IMG/VR virus record: IMGVR_UViG_3300044699_000112 | Coordinates: 10,234-74,233 of that record | Direction: 5' to 3' (one strand) | Length of the DNA: 64,000 nt | Origin: a virus | In this document: positions 51,102 through 60,030 of the stretch, in pieces | Layout of the letters: each line of letters begins with the position of its first letter | Position numbering within the stretch: position 1 is the first letter of the stretch | Notes under the pieces: model-generated | The model's input: only the letters and a program-made list of their open reading frames with translations | The model's database searches: none | What the model was told of the DNA's origin: nothing | Position numbers and translations under genes: made by a program

Positions 51102-51465
51102 AACCGAGCAGATCACGCCGCAGCACGAAGCCTTCGACGCAATCTGGACGACGGTCTGCGCGATTGCCATGAAGGTCGGCGCCGCTCCGCTCAACCAGTG
51201 GCCGGGCCTCTGGCGGTTCGACGTGGACGAGCACTGGAAGATCGCGGTGAACGCGCACGACGAAGAGATCGAGGGCATCCCGAAGTTCCGCCTGTACGCC
51301 GAGTGGAACGGCTGGCCCGCGGGCATGCTCTCGCCGACCGGCGGAGAGATCGCGGCCGGTACGCTGGCGAACATCTTCACGCTGCGCGAGGCGCTCGATC
51401 GGAAGCTGATTGCGATAGCAGTCTTCACGCTGGATGCTGAAAATATCGACCCTAGCCACGTCTAG
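51082..51465 (+). CDS. Hypothetical protein
   Basis: W.IAVN...WNGWPAG.L.P.GG pattern. Confidence 0.55.
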   Translation: MEQQPPETEQITPQHEAFDAIWTTVCAIAMKVGAAPLNQWPGLWRFDVDEHWKIAVNAHDEEIEGIPKFRLYAEWNGWPAGMLSPTGGEIAAGTLANIFTLREALDRKLIAIAVFTLDAENIDPSHV

Positions 51466-52246
51466 CGCCGGGAACTGCTCGTTCGTCAGCGATGGCACAA
51501 CGCGCATCCTGATCGATGCGGGCCTCTGCCTCGCCGAAACCTTCCAGCGCCTGCGCTCGATCAACGAGGACCCGGACACGATCGACGCGGTGCTCCTCAC
51601 GCATCCGCATGGCGATCACTCCGATGGCCTCGCGGTCATGCTGCGCTACTGGCGCCGCGCCGGTGGCGTTGTGCCGGTCTACTGCTCCCAGGCCACCTAC
51701 GACGCGCTGCCAAATGCCATTCCGCCGCCCTGGTTCCGGCCCGTGGGCCAGTTGTCCTACTGGAGTGTGGGTTGTCTTGAATGCGAGACGTTTGCCGTTG
51801 AGCACGACACCGGCGAGCCGCTCGGCTTCACCGTGACCTCGGGTTCGTACCGGGCCTCGTTTGCGCTCGACCTGGGCACCATCCCTCCGGCGCTGGGCCA
51901 GCATCTGGCTGGCTCGGACTTCCTCCTGCTCGAAGCCAATCACGATCCGGATATGCTGCGCGCCGGGCCTTACTCGCACAAGCTCAAGGAGCGGATCGCG
52001 CGCACGCACCTGTCGAACGAAGCCGCCTGCCGGTGGATCGAAGAGTATATGAATGCGAGGACGAAACACCTCTGGCTCGGCCATCTGTCGATGACAACGA
52101 ACGATCACGAGATCGTGCGCCTGATGGCAGCCCAGGCAATCGCGCACCGCAAGCTCGAGCCGGAGCTCGAGGTTATTTGGCCTGCGGCGCTGCAGCCTTC
52201 GCGAGTGGTGCTTGAGCCTTCGCGGGATCCGGACAAGGAGTTGTAG
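51434..52246 (+). CDS. Metallo-beta-lactamase-fold hydrolase, YycJ/WalJ-like
   Basis: SSAGNC, LIDAG, THPHGDH, EHD, LEANHD..ML..GPY...LK.RI..HLSN, LGHLS. Confidence 0.9.
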   Translation: MLKISTLATSSAGNCSFVSDGTTRILIDAGLCLAETFQRLRSINEDPDTIDAVLLTHPHGDHSDGLAVMLRYWRRAGGVVPVYCSQATYDALPNAIPPPWFRPVGQLSYWSVGCLECETFAVEHDTGEPLGFTVTSGSYRASFALDLGTIPPALGQHLAGSDFLLLEANHDPDMLRAGPYSHKLKERIARTHLSNEAACRWIEEYMNARTKHLWLGHLSMTTNDHEIVRLMAAQAIAHRKLEPELEVIWPAALQPSRVVLEPSRDPDKEL

Positions 52247-52626
52247 ACGTGCCGCCGGGCGCTGCACCGTCGACCACCGTCGCGGTGTAGTAATTGCCCA
52301 TCACGAACGTGTCGGAGGCGATCGGGAGCGTGACCGAAAGGGACGAGCGCGGCTGTATGCCAAGGGCCGCCACTTCCTGGAGGTTGACCGAGACGCCGTC
52401 CGTCGCGGGCGTTTCGCCGGTGGCGGGGATCGTCGCGAGGTTCTTGTTCTGACACCGGAAGTTGATCGTGAGACTCGTGGCCATGCCGTCTATCGTACAT
52501 GCCAGCCGCCCGTGACCCAGAAGATAATTGCGAGCGAGATGATGTAGTAGACCGCCACTGCCAGCCAGATGAACAGCTTCCTGGCCGTCTGGGCTCTCTC
52601 AGGGGTGTAGGTCCACCACGGCAGCT

Positions 52627-53013
52627 TCATCGATTGCACTCGCAGTCATCCTTGCGCCGGGCGCACACCGGGCAGAAAATCTCCCAGGCCGAGCCCAGGT
52701 GCTCGGTCGGCCCAACGTAGACAATCACCGGCAACGGCTTCGGCGCCTCGTTAGCCGTCTGTACGTCAGCCGTCCGTTCGGCGTCCCTGTCGTCAGCAGC
52801 TTCCTGCTCCTCGATGGCCTCGAAGGTTCGCCCCTCGGCGAACCTCTCGAATGGATCGTCAGCCGTCTGTGGGTCAGCCGTCTGTAGGTGCAGCGGCGGC
52901 TCCGGCGCCCGAGCCGCCCCGGCGGCGGCCGCGGCCGCCGCCTTCCTGGCCGCCGCCGCCTTCCTGGCGTTAGCCGCCTGCCGCTCGAGAGCCGCGCGCT
53001 GCGCGTCCGTCAT
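52627..53013 (-). CDS. Hypothetical protein with QTAD repeats and Cys-rich tip
   Basis: GGGG RBS; CPVC...CEC. Confidence 0.5.
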   Translation of the reverse strand: MTDAQRAALERQAANARKAAAARKAAAAAAAGAARAPEPPLHLQTADPQTADDPFERFAEGRTFEAIEEQEAADDRDAERTADVQTANEAPKPLPVIVYVGPTEHLGSAWEIFCPVCARRKDDCECNR

Positions 53014-53198
53014 CGCTTGCCCCCCTTCTTTTTGGGACGCCGCGGGCACTTCATCCAGTGCTCGCGGAGGATCCCGTGGTAGACCGTGGCGCCGCAGCCC
53101 CACCAGCACGGGACCGTCAGCTTCGGCTTCGACCCGCCCCTGTTCTTCACGGGCAGGTCCGGGTCAGCCGTCTGTCCTGGCAGTTCAAGCGTCGTCAT
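53010..53198 (-). CDS. Small C2HC zinc-finger basic protein
   Basis: CWWGC...LREH..KCP; GAGGAG RBS. Confidence 0.55.
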   Translation of the reverse strand: MTTLELPGQTADPDLPVKNRGGSKPKLTVPCWWGCGATVYHGILREHWMKCPRRPKKKGGKR

Positions 53199-54000
53199 CG
53201 TTCTCCTCCTCTTCCGCAGCCTCGCGCCGCTTCTCAATCTCGTCCCGGTACTGGCCCTCGGTGAACTCGACCGAGTGCAGTCCCTGCTCGCCGGTCTCGG
53301 GGTTCTGCGCCCAAGTGTCGATCACCTTGCCGCAGCCGCACTTCATGCACACCTCGTGCATGCGCACTCCGCAGCCATGCCCTTCGACGCCAGGGCTCTC
53401 TTCGCAGCCGCCTACAATCTCAATGGGGTCGTCCCACTCGTGATGCTCTTCGCCTTTGAGGCAGGCGGGTTCGATCGCCTCGATCGTCACCGTGTGCGCC
53501 TCGCGATCGACATGCACGATATCGCCATCCGCATCGATCCCGTAGAGCCAAGTCCAAACCGTGACCCAGCCGGTCTCGTTGCGCTCGCCCCACTCGCCCC
53601 CTTCGACGTACTCTTCCGCCGCTTCCTGGGCGGAGTCGGCTTCGATCTCAATCTCGGCGTTGCCATCATCCGCGGCCCAGGTGCTGGGTTTCTCTACCAA
53701 GCAGTCGTCGATGATATGCCAGCCAGTCCGCACCGCCGCGGTGTAGATCGTCTCCTGACCGCGGGCAATCGCCTCGGCGACGTCGCCGAGAGTGTGCTTC
53801 CCTGTCGCGAGCGTGCGCAGGTAGCTCCAGGCATCGTTATCGGGGGTGACGGCGTCCCCGTTGGTCTCGATGAGCTCTTCGCCGCCCGGCAGAGCCCACA
53901 GTGTCACGCGGTTATCGCCTTCGCCCTGGTGGCCGCGGTAGACGGGCGCACCGCCCTGGCGCGCCGCCAAGCCTTTAATCGTTTCACTCTTACAAGTCAA
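53185..54000 (-). CDS. Acidic accessory protein (cassette after element A1)
   Basis: GAGGTGAGG RBS before TTG; Cys/His motifs C...H.W...CMKCG. Confidence 0.6.
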   Translation of the reverse strand: MTCKSETIKGLAARQGGAPVYRGHQGEGDNRVTLWALPGGEELIETNGDAVTPDNDAWSYLRTLATGKHTLGDVAEAIARGQETIYTAAVRTGWHIIDDCLVEKPSTWAADDGNAEIEIEADSAQEAAEEYVEGGEWGERNETGWVTVWTWLYGIDADGDIVHVDREAHTVTIEAIEPACLKGEEHHEWDDPIEIVGGCEESPGVEGHGCGVRMHEVCMKCGCGKVIDTWAQNPETGEQGLHSVEFTEGQYRDEIEKRREAAEEEENDDDA

Positions 54001-54006
54001 TTTGCC

Positions 54007-54067
54007 TCACCTCATTGGGAAATATCCCAGGAGTGGCGCTCTCGCGAACGCCCTCCCTGCGATGCTT
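54007..54067 (-). repeat. Structured intergenic element type A, copy 1
   Basis: Sense: AAGCATCGCAGGGAG-GGCG..CGCC-ACTCCTGGGATATTTCCC-AATGAGGTGA. Confidence 0.9.
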
Positions 54068-54920
54068 ACCGCCCAAACGGCTCGACGAAAATGGCGTACT
54101 CGCGCCCCTTGCCGATGCCTTCGATTGTGACCGTCTCGGGCGCGCCGTCCATCGCGAAGGCGTGCCACAAAAGGCCGGTCATCTCCTGGTTCCTGGCGAG
54201 CTCGACCAGGACGGAGGGGTCATCCCGATCCGGCTCGACGCGGTGGTACTTGCCGTCGCTGGTGGTGAACCACTCGAACAGGTAGGCGTTGACGTGGAAC
54301 TCGGCCGTGCCGATCTGCATCTTGGAGTAGAGCGACAACGGCGCGCCGTCCGTCCCTTCGACCGGCTCCAGGTTGACGCGCCACTCAAAGTCGTTCGCCT
54401 TGATGCGCACCAAGTCGTCCTCGTCGAACTCGCCAGCCGCCCGTCGAGGCTCGTTGTCTCCCTCCGGCGCCTGCGGATCGCAGATCGGGCAGATCCCGTC
54501 CTCGCCGCACTCACCGGCCTCGTGCGCGGCCTTCTGCTCGGCCTCCCCGATCCCCTTTTCGAGCTCCTTCCACGGACCGGCCTCGCTCCAGTAGTCCGAC
54601 ACGCGATCCGCAGCGGCCATCAACGGCTCCAGGTTCGTGTGATAGTCGCTGATCACGTCGTACCCATCGTTGCCATACACGAGCACCACCTCGCCGCGCA
54701 CGCCGAGCACCTCATCGAGGGGCCCGCGCCGGGCGCCCAGGTAGAGGCGGTCCATGTCCGTCGTCATCAGGGCGCCCATGATGGCCGCCTTGTCCTTGCT
54801 GTTCCAGAGCGTGACTTCCTCGCCGTCGTTCACGCTGATGTCATGGCCCGCCTGCAGGGCCGAATCCAGGAAGGCGCCAATCACTTGGCGCTCCACATAC
54901 TGCCGCATTCTCACATTCAT
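54066..54920 (-). CDS. Conserved accessory phage protein
   Basis: ISVNDGEE...VLVYGNDGYDVISDY motif; GAGGTGA RBS. Confidence 0.65.
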   Translation of the reverse strand: MNVRMRQYVERQVIGAFLDSALQAGHDISVNDGEEVTLWNSKDKAAIMGALMTTDMDRLYLGARRGPLDEVLGVRGEVVLVYGNDGYDVISDYHTNLEPLMAAADRVSDYWSEAGPWKELEKGIGEAEQKAAHEAGECGEDGICPICDPQAPEGDNEPRRAAGEFDEDDLVRIKANDFEWRVNLEPVEGTDGAPLSLYSKMQIGTAEFHVNAYLFEWFTTSDGKYHRVEPDRDDPSVLVELARNQEMTGLLWHAFAMDGAPETVTIEGIGKGREYAIFVEPFGR

Positions 54921-54924
54921 CGCT

Positions 54925-54996
54925 TCACCTCGTTCCTTTCGGGAAAATCTCCCACCGGCTGGCTCTGCTGCGACAGAGCCACCGGCGCGACGCTTT
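54925..54996 (-). repeat. Structured intergenic element type A, copy 2 (divergent)
   Basis: AAAGCGTCGC-GCCGG-TGGCTCTG..CAGAGCCA-G-CCGGT-GGGAGATTTTCCC. Confidence 0.8.
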
Positions 54997-55006
54997 CCTC
55001 TCGCTC

Positions 55007-55336
55007 TTACCGCCGCCAGAAGCAGGGCACCTTGCCCTGCGCGCACTTCGCCTGAAACTCGGCGTAGGCCCGCGCCTCGCGGCGCACGTCCTCGATCGCC
55101 TCGCTCGCCGCGGCCTCGGCCGCTTCGCACTCGGAGTCCGTCGCGCAGTCAGACCAGCAGGCCGCGCCGGAGCCCGCCCCCGGCCGCGGGAGCCTCACCT
55201 CCGTCTGGGCCTTCGCCCTGGCCGCCTGAGAGGCTGCAGGACGCCCGCGCACCGCGCCAGCCCCCACGGCCCCTACAGCCACCAGCAGGAGCCCCACGGC
55301 CCCCACGATCGCTCCCTCGGCCCAGCGGCGCCTCAC
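55007..55336 (-). CDS. Membrane-anchored small protein with CxTDSECE motif
   Basis: TM segment AIVGAVGLLLVAVGAVGA; WSDCATDSECEA. Confidence 0.55.
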   Translation of the reverse strand: MRRRWAEGAIVGAVGLLLVAVGAVGAGAVRGRPAASQAARAKAQTEVRLPRPGAGSGAACWSDCATDSECEAAEAAASEAIEDVRREARAYAEFQAKCAQGKVPCFWRR

Positions 55337-55632
55337 CGGCGCACCTCGGCCTTGTTTGGCCACGTCGCCTTGCCATAATGCGGCAGGCTCGCGGCCTCGG
55401 CCTCCGCCATCCGGTCGAGCACCTCCGATCGGGCGATGAGGCGCTGCGCCTCGCCGGTGTGGCGCTCATCGTGCGCCATCAGGAACCAGCCAGCCGCTTC
55501 GAGCAGCCCCTCGTGGCGCTGCGCGAGCTCGCGCCTGCGGCCGACTCTCGTCTCGGCCTTGATCTGGGCTTGCAGCCCGTTCACAACCCGGCTCAACTGC
55601 GCGAGCGGGTCGATATTCACGTACGTAATCAC
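55333..55632 (-). CDS. Hypothetical helical protein
   Basis: GTG start after GAGGTGA of element A3. Confidence 0.55.
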   Translation of the reverse strand: MITYVNIDPLAQLSRVVNGLQAQIKAETRVGRRRELAQRHEGLLEAAGWFLMAHDERHTGEAQRLIARSEVLDRMAEAEAASLPHYGKATWPNKAEVRR

Positions 55633-55634
55633 GT

Positions 55635-55706
55635 TCACCTCGTCATGGGAAATGTCCCAGGAGGAGCACGAGCTCGCAAGCTCGCGCCCTCCCTGCGATG
55701 CTTCCC
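55635..55706 (-). repeat. Structured intergenic element type A, copy 3
   Basis: GGGAAGCATCGCAGGGAGG-GCGCGAGCT..AGCTCGTGC-TCCTCCTGGGACATTTCCC. Confidence 0.9.
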
Positions 55707-55709
55707 GCA

Positions 55710-56024
55710 TCAGAACGGCAGGTCGTCGTCCGTCACCAGGGGTACCAGCGACTCCGGCGGCAGCTTGTCACCCGGCAGCGCGCCGTCCACGCCCGGCTTG
55801 AAGGGCGGGAACTCCAGGTCCCAGATGTTGTCGCCCTGGTCGTCGCCCTGATCGTCGTCCGGATGCCGCTGGCCCGGCACGTAGTGATCCGGGCACTTGT
55901 GGAGCGTGTCCACGTCGCTCAGGATCCAGCCCCCGCCGTGGCAGCGGCAGTCCTCGGCCGCGAGCCCTTCCGGCGTCGCCAGCCGGGCGCTGAACGCCTC
56001 GTAGTACTGCACCAATTCGCTCAT
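55710..56024 (-). CDS. Small Cys/His protein ending in an SSB-like DDDLPF tail
   Basis: CRCHGGGW.LSD.D..HKCP.H; C-terminus TDDDLPF. Confidence 0.65.
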   Translation of the reverse strand: MSELVQYYEAFSARLATPEGLAAEDCRCHGGGWILSDVDTLHKCPDHYVPGQRHPDDDQGDDQGDNIWDLEFPPFKPGVDGALPGDKLPPESLVPLVTDDDLPF

Positions 56025-56792
56025 CTCGTCCTCCATGCCGCCTCGTACGCGGCCCGCTCGTCATCGTCCATCGCCTCCAGCCGGGCGAGCTCGCGATCGC
56101 GCTCGCCAATCATCCGGCCCACCTCGGCCAGCAGCGTCACCGGGCCGGTCTCGGCCGTCGCGGCCTCCTCCCAGGGAGGCTCGCACCACTCGCAGTGGCA
56201 GTGGATGCTATGCCCGTCTCTCATCGCTTCACCTCCTCGCCGCTCGCGCACACGGCGAGCAATGGCAGTTCGTCCAGACCATCATTTCGGCCATCGCGTG
56301 CCACATGCACGCGCCCGTCGCCTGGATGCGGCCGCTGATGGCGAGGATCTCCGGCCGGGTCCAGTTGCCCGTCCCATCCGGCGCCACCGGCCACTGCTCC
56401 AGGTTGCCCCAGAACCGGGCGATAATCTCGCCCAGCGGCTGCCCCTTCAATCCCGTGCCCGCCGTCACCGGCCGCTTGAACGCCTTCGGGTCAGGTAGCG
56501 TCATCGCACGTCCCCTTCGTAGCTGCCACAGCAACCGCAGCAGGGCGCATCCTCGCATGTCCCCCTTGGCGTTGCGGTAGATCTCCGCGCCGGAGTTCAG
56601 CCGCACGTAGAAGCCGGTCCCCGCGGGCCGTCGACGGCCGCGCCGGGCGCCCACCATCGCGCGGGCCTCGGCCGCCTTCTCGGCAGGCACACGCCAGCCA
56701 CCGGCGCCGCGGTCCCACTCGCCACCCATAGCCCGGAGCTCGCGCTTCCAGGGGTAGGTGTTGCCAACCACCAACTCAGTCGTCATCCTCAC
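56021..56792 (-). other. Three small hypothetical genes (56021-56224; 56229-56504; ~56501-56792 with a frameshifted CEDAPCCGCC tip)
   Basis: GNTYPWKREL..MGG.WD....W (DUF5710-like) N-terminus; CHCEWC; RBSs present. Confidence 0.5.
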
Positions 56793-56865
56793 TCACCTCG
56801 TTCTCGCGATTGATTCGCGCCCGGTCCGCGGAGGCCCTCCCCCGCGGCCCGATGCGAGCCCTCAC
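56793..56865 (-). repeat. Structured intergenic element type B, copy 1 (divergent)
   Basis: CCGCGG..CCGCGG hairpin then CGCGAATCAATCGCGAGAACGAGGTGA. Confidence 0.7.
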
Positions 56866-56867
56866 TT

Positions 56868-57513
56868 TCAGTCCCTCGCCCTCGCCTTCGCCCGGTCCTC
56901 GGCCCGCCCTCTTTCGAGGCGCTGACGCGACTCCCAGGCCCGGTGCATGTCATGCAGCACCGTGCCCACGCCGAGCACGCTGAAGAAAATCAGCGGAATC
57001 CAGAACAGGTCCCAGCCGCTCATCGCTGGCCCCCCTTCTTCGCCTTCTTCGCGGCCAGCCGCTCTTCCCGCTCGGAGCGCGCCAGCAGCTTCGCCGCGAG
57101 ATCATACACGGCCTCGTAGGCCACCAGCAGCCGCCGCCGCGTGCCCTTGCGCCGGAGCTCAATGTGCCGCGGATGGAGCTCAATGAGCACCGTCCGGGCC
57201 CGTCCGCCGTCCCGCACCGAGACATCCGTCTCGCGCCGCACCGGACGATCGAGGCGCGTCATGCGCGCCACCCGTACGGGTCGTTCGCGTCGACGGCCCC
57301 GATCGCCTCCAGAGTCTTCTGGATCGGCCGCAGCCGCGCCAGCAGCGTGTGGCCCTCCAGGAACAGCGCGGCCGCATACGCATCGCCCGCCGTCTCGCGC
57401 ACCGTGCCCACGTAGAACCGTCCCTTGGGGCCCTTGCCGCTGCGCAGGAACTGCGCCCACTTCCCGGCGTGCGGGCCCTCGCCCACCTGCCGGATCGACT
57501 TCTTCGAAATCAT
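56868..57513 (-). other. Three small genes (56868-57023 single TM; 57020-57262 basic; 57259-57513)
   Basis: ATGA-coupled ORFs between elements B1 and B2. Confidence 0.55.
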
Positions 57514-57516
57514 CGT

Positions 57517-57587
57517 CCACCTCGTCTCGCGATAGATTCGCGTCAGGCGCCCGCGGCCTTGGCCGCAGGCCCTGCTCGTACCTCCCG
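57517..57587 (-). repeat. Structured intergenic element type B, copy 2
   Basis: GGAGGTACGAGCAGG-GCCTGCGGCC..GGCCGCGGGC-GCCTGACGCGAATCTATCGCGAGACGAGGTG. Confidence 0.85.
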
Positions 57588-57773
57588 CTACTCGTCCTCG
57601 TCGATCGGCTCATCCGACCAGTACTGCGAGTCCGTGAAGATGTCAGGCCGATACTTGGCCTTCGTCTTCGCCTCGCAGTCGTCGCAGACGTAGCCGCAGG
57701 GGATGCTGCGGGCGTCGTACAGGATCCAGCGCGGCTTGCCGGAGCCGCACCGGCACTCTTTGCCCTCGCTCAT
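57588..57773 (-). CDS. Small zinc-binding conserved phage protein
   Basis: CRCGSG...LYDARSI...VCDDC...YRPDIF. Confidence 0.65.
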   Translation of the reverse strand: MSEGKECRCGSGKPRWILYDARSIPCGYVCDDCEAKTKAKYRPDIFTDSQYWSDEPIDEDE

Positions 57774-58358
57774 CGCGCCCCCTCCGCCCGGAGAATCTCG
57801 ACCTCTTGCCGAGCCTCGTCCTCATCGTCGAAGCTCTGGGCGTCGTACTCGCCCGTGGCGTCCTCGACGATCCACTCGCGCTCGATGCCGTCGCCGTCCT
57901 CGATCCCGTGGATCGTGAACCGCTCGGCCTCCGGCTTGATCACCGGCCCGCGCCCGTTGATCCGGATCCCCTGCGGAGCGCCAAGCTCCCGCTCAGGCTC
58001 CGGCTTGGGCCCGTGCTCGCCGATCCGGATCACAAACTCGAGTCCCGGATACACCGACTCCATCTCCGCCCGCGCCTGCGTCAGCGCCCAGGCCGCGTGC
58101 TGCTCGGCCCGCCGGCGAGCTCCCAGGCCTCGACGTCCCCCAGGACGCCGCAGACCACAATCTCGACCTTGCCGAGGACGCTCATATCGTCACCCCGGCG
58201 TCGTCGAAGCGCATCTCGATCTGCTCCAGCAGATGCTCGGCCGCCCGCTGCTGCCGCAGGAAGTCCCCGGCCAGCCGCTGCCATGTCCCGGTCTCATCCA
58301 CCGGCCTGCCCTCGGGCGGCGTCAGGCACGTCTTGGCGTGCTTGGCGTTAATCGTCAT
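57770..58358 (-). other. Three small hypothetical genes (57770-58063, ~58060-58184, 58181-58358)
   Basis: Coupled ORFs; the first has a GAGGTGA RBS. Confidence 0.5.
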
Positions 58359-58373
58359 CGTTTCACCTCGTCT

Positions 58374-58537
58374 CGTTGAGTGGAGTGGACGAGCGCCGGT
58401 CAGGGAGCGGACCGCACCATTCCCAGGCGCGGCAGCGACTCATCTTGGCCTGATCTCGGGTTCGCTTTTCACCCTATCCGGCCCCCTGCGGTTTCTGCCG
58501 GAGCGTTACCTCCCCGGCGCTCGTCCACCCACTCACG
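58374..58537 (-). ncRNA. Candidate structured ncRNA / leader (multibranch, two pseudoknots)
   Basis: ~22-bp closing stem, three inner hairpins, loop complementarities ACCGCA/TGCGGT and AGCGA/TCGCT; no credible ORF. Confidence 0.6.
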
Positions 58538-58600
58538 TTCTCGCGATAGATTCGCGTCAGGAGCCTGCCATCGTGGGCAGGCCCTGCGTGTACCTTCCGC
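58538..58600 (-). repeat. Structured intergenic element type B, copy 3
   Basis: GGAAGGTACACGCAGG-GCCTGCC..GGCAGGC-TCCTGACGCGAATCTATCGCGAGAA. Confidence 0.85.
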
Positions 58601-58602
58601 CT

Positions 58603-59567
58603 TCAGCCGGTCACCTTCATCGCCCAGTGGGCCGCCAGCCGCGCCAGCCGCCGCGCTTGCCCGGCGTCCACGTCCTTGACCCAGTACACCGCCGCGCTGC
58701 CGTAGGCCCCGGCCTCGGCCAGGGCGTGCAGCGTGTACTCCGGCCGCGTCATCGTGGAGCGGCGGCTCGGAATCACCGCGAGCCGCATCTTGCGGCCGCC
58801 GCGCTCGATCACCACCGTCTCGGCCCGCTTCACCGGGCCACCACCGGCGCCGCCGCCAGGGCCTTCTCCAGCGTCCGGATCGCCCGGTCCACCTTCGCCA
58901 GGGCCCGCTCGGCCGCCGCCTGCGAATCCCCCGGCCCGTACCCGTCGCCCATCAGCGACGCCACGTTGTGCCCCCCGGGCCGCCTCGTCCACGAAACGAC
59001 GCGCCGCCAGCAGCGCGTTCAACATCTCCCGCTCCATCGCTACACCTCCTGCCATGACAGCATCGCTGCCAGCTTGTCCGACATCACCGCGGGCCGCACG
59101 CTCGAAAGCTCGACCCAGACGCGGCCGTCCCCGGCCACCGGCCGCACCAGCAGCCTGTTCTTCCCCCACGAGTTCTTCACGTCCTCGACTACGCAGTCGG
59201 ATCCAGAGCTCACCTCCGGATCCGGCCCGCAACTGCACCAGGGCGCCCACTGCCGGGCTCATCTCGACCGCCGTGTAGCGGGCCGCTCATGCGCCCACCA
59301 CCTTCGGACCGGCGTGCAGCTTGGCGGCAGGCCAGGATCATCTGCGCCGCCCGGTACATCGCCGCCGCGCTCGGCCTCTCGCCGCCCAGCGCCTCGATCG
59401 CGGCCACGAGGTTTGCCATACTCCAGGCGCATCAGTGCGCTTTCGAGTTGCTCGCCCTGGCCCTCGGCCTTGAGGCCAGTAAGTAAAGCCCCGGCCCGCT
59501 CGGCCTTGGCGGTCAGCAGTAGAGCTCGTCCCGCCTGCAAGTCCGCTTCCACCGTCTTCTTCGTCAT
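58603..59567 (-). other. About five small hypothetical genes, boundaries blurred by indels
   Basis: Starts at 59567, 59419, 59290, 59038 and ~58832, with coupled stop/start junctions. Confidence 0.4.
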
Positions 59568-59572
59568 GTCTT

Positions 59573-59637
59573 TCACCTCAGGGGAAATGTCCAGGAGTGG
59601 CATGCCTGCCCCGGCATGCCCTCCCTGCGATGCTTCC
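59573..59637 (-). repeat. Structured intergenic element type A, copy 4
   Basis: GGAAGCATCGCAGGGAG-GGCATGCC..GGCATGCC-ACTCCTGGACATTTCCCCTGAGGTGA. Confidence 0.9.
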
Positions 59638-59642
59638 GCCTC

Positions 59643-59969
59643 TTACGGCGTCATCGCTCCTCTTCGACCATCGGCACCTCCCGGCCGTACCAGTCGACCT
59701 CGGCCGGTGTGTAACCGGCCGTCCCGCTCAGCGCGCCAGGAGATCCAAACCGCCCCCGGCCCCGGCCGTCGCGCAGCCGTCCACCACGTTGCCAGCACAG
59801 CCGCGGCGCGCCCTGGTTCCCGCCCACCACGAACACCGCCGCGTTGCCGCCCGAGAGCAGCAGCACCGCCCTGGCGAAGTCCACCGCCTCGGCCGCCTTT
59901 CTTCTGCGAGGCGCCCTCGTAGGCCGTGTAGTACTGGCCGGGCGCGTTCACTGTCACACGAAATGTCAT
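59643..59969 (-). CDS. Single-gene cassette, hypothetical (indels)
   Basis: ATG after GAGGTGA of A5; stop abuts A4. Confidence 0.5.
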   Translation of the reverse strand: MTFRVTVNAPGQYYTAYEGASQKKGGRGGGLRQGGAAALGRQRGGVRGGREPGRAAAVLATWWTAARRPGPGAVWISWRAERDGRLHTGRGRLVRPGGADGRRGAMTP

Positions 59970-59973
59970 CGAA

Positions 59974-60030
59974 TCACCTCAGGGAAATGTCCCGCCAGGG
60001 GCTCGACAGAGCCCTCAGCGCGATGCTTCC
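59974..60030 (-). repeat. Structured intergenic element type A, copy 5
   Basis: GGAAGCATCGC-GCTG-AGGGCTC..GAGCCCC-TGGC-GGGACATTTCCCTGAGGTGA. Confidence 0.9.
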
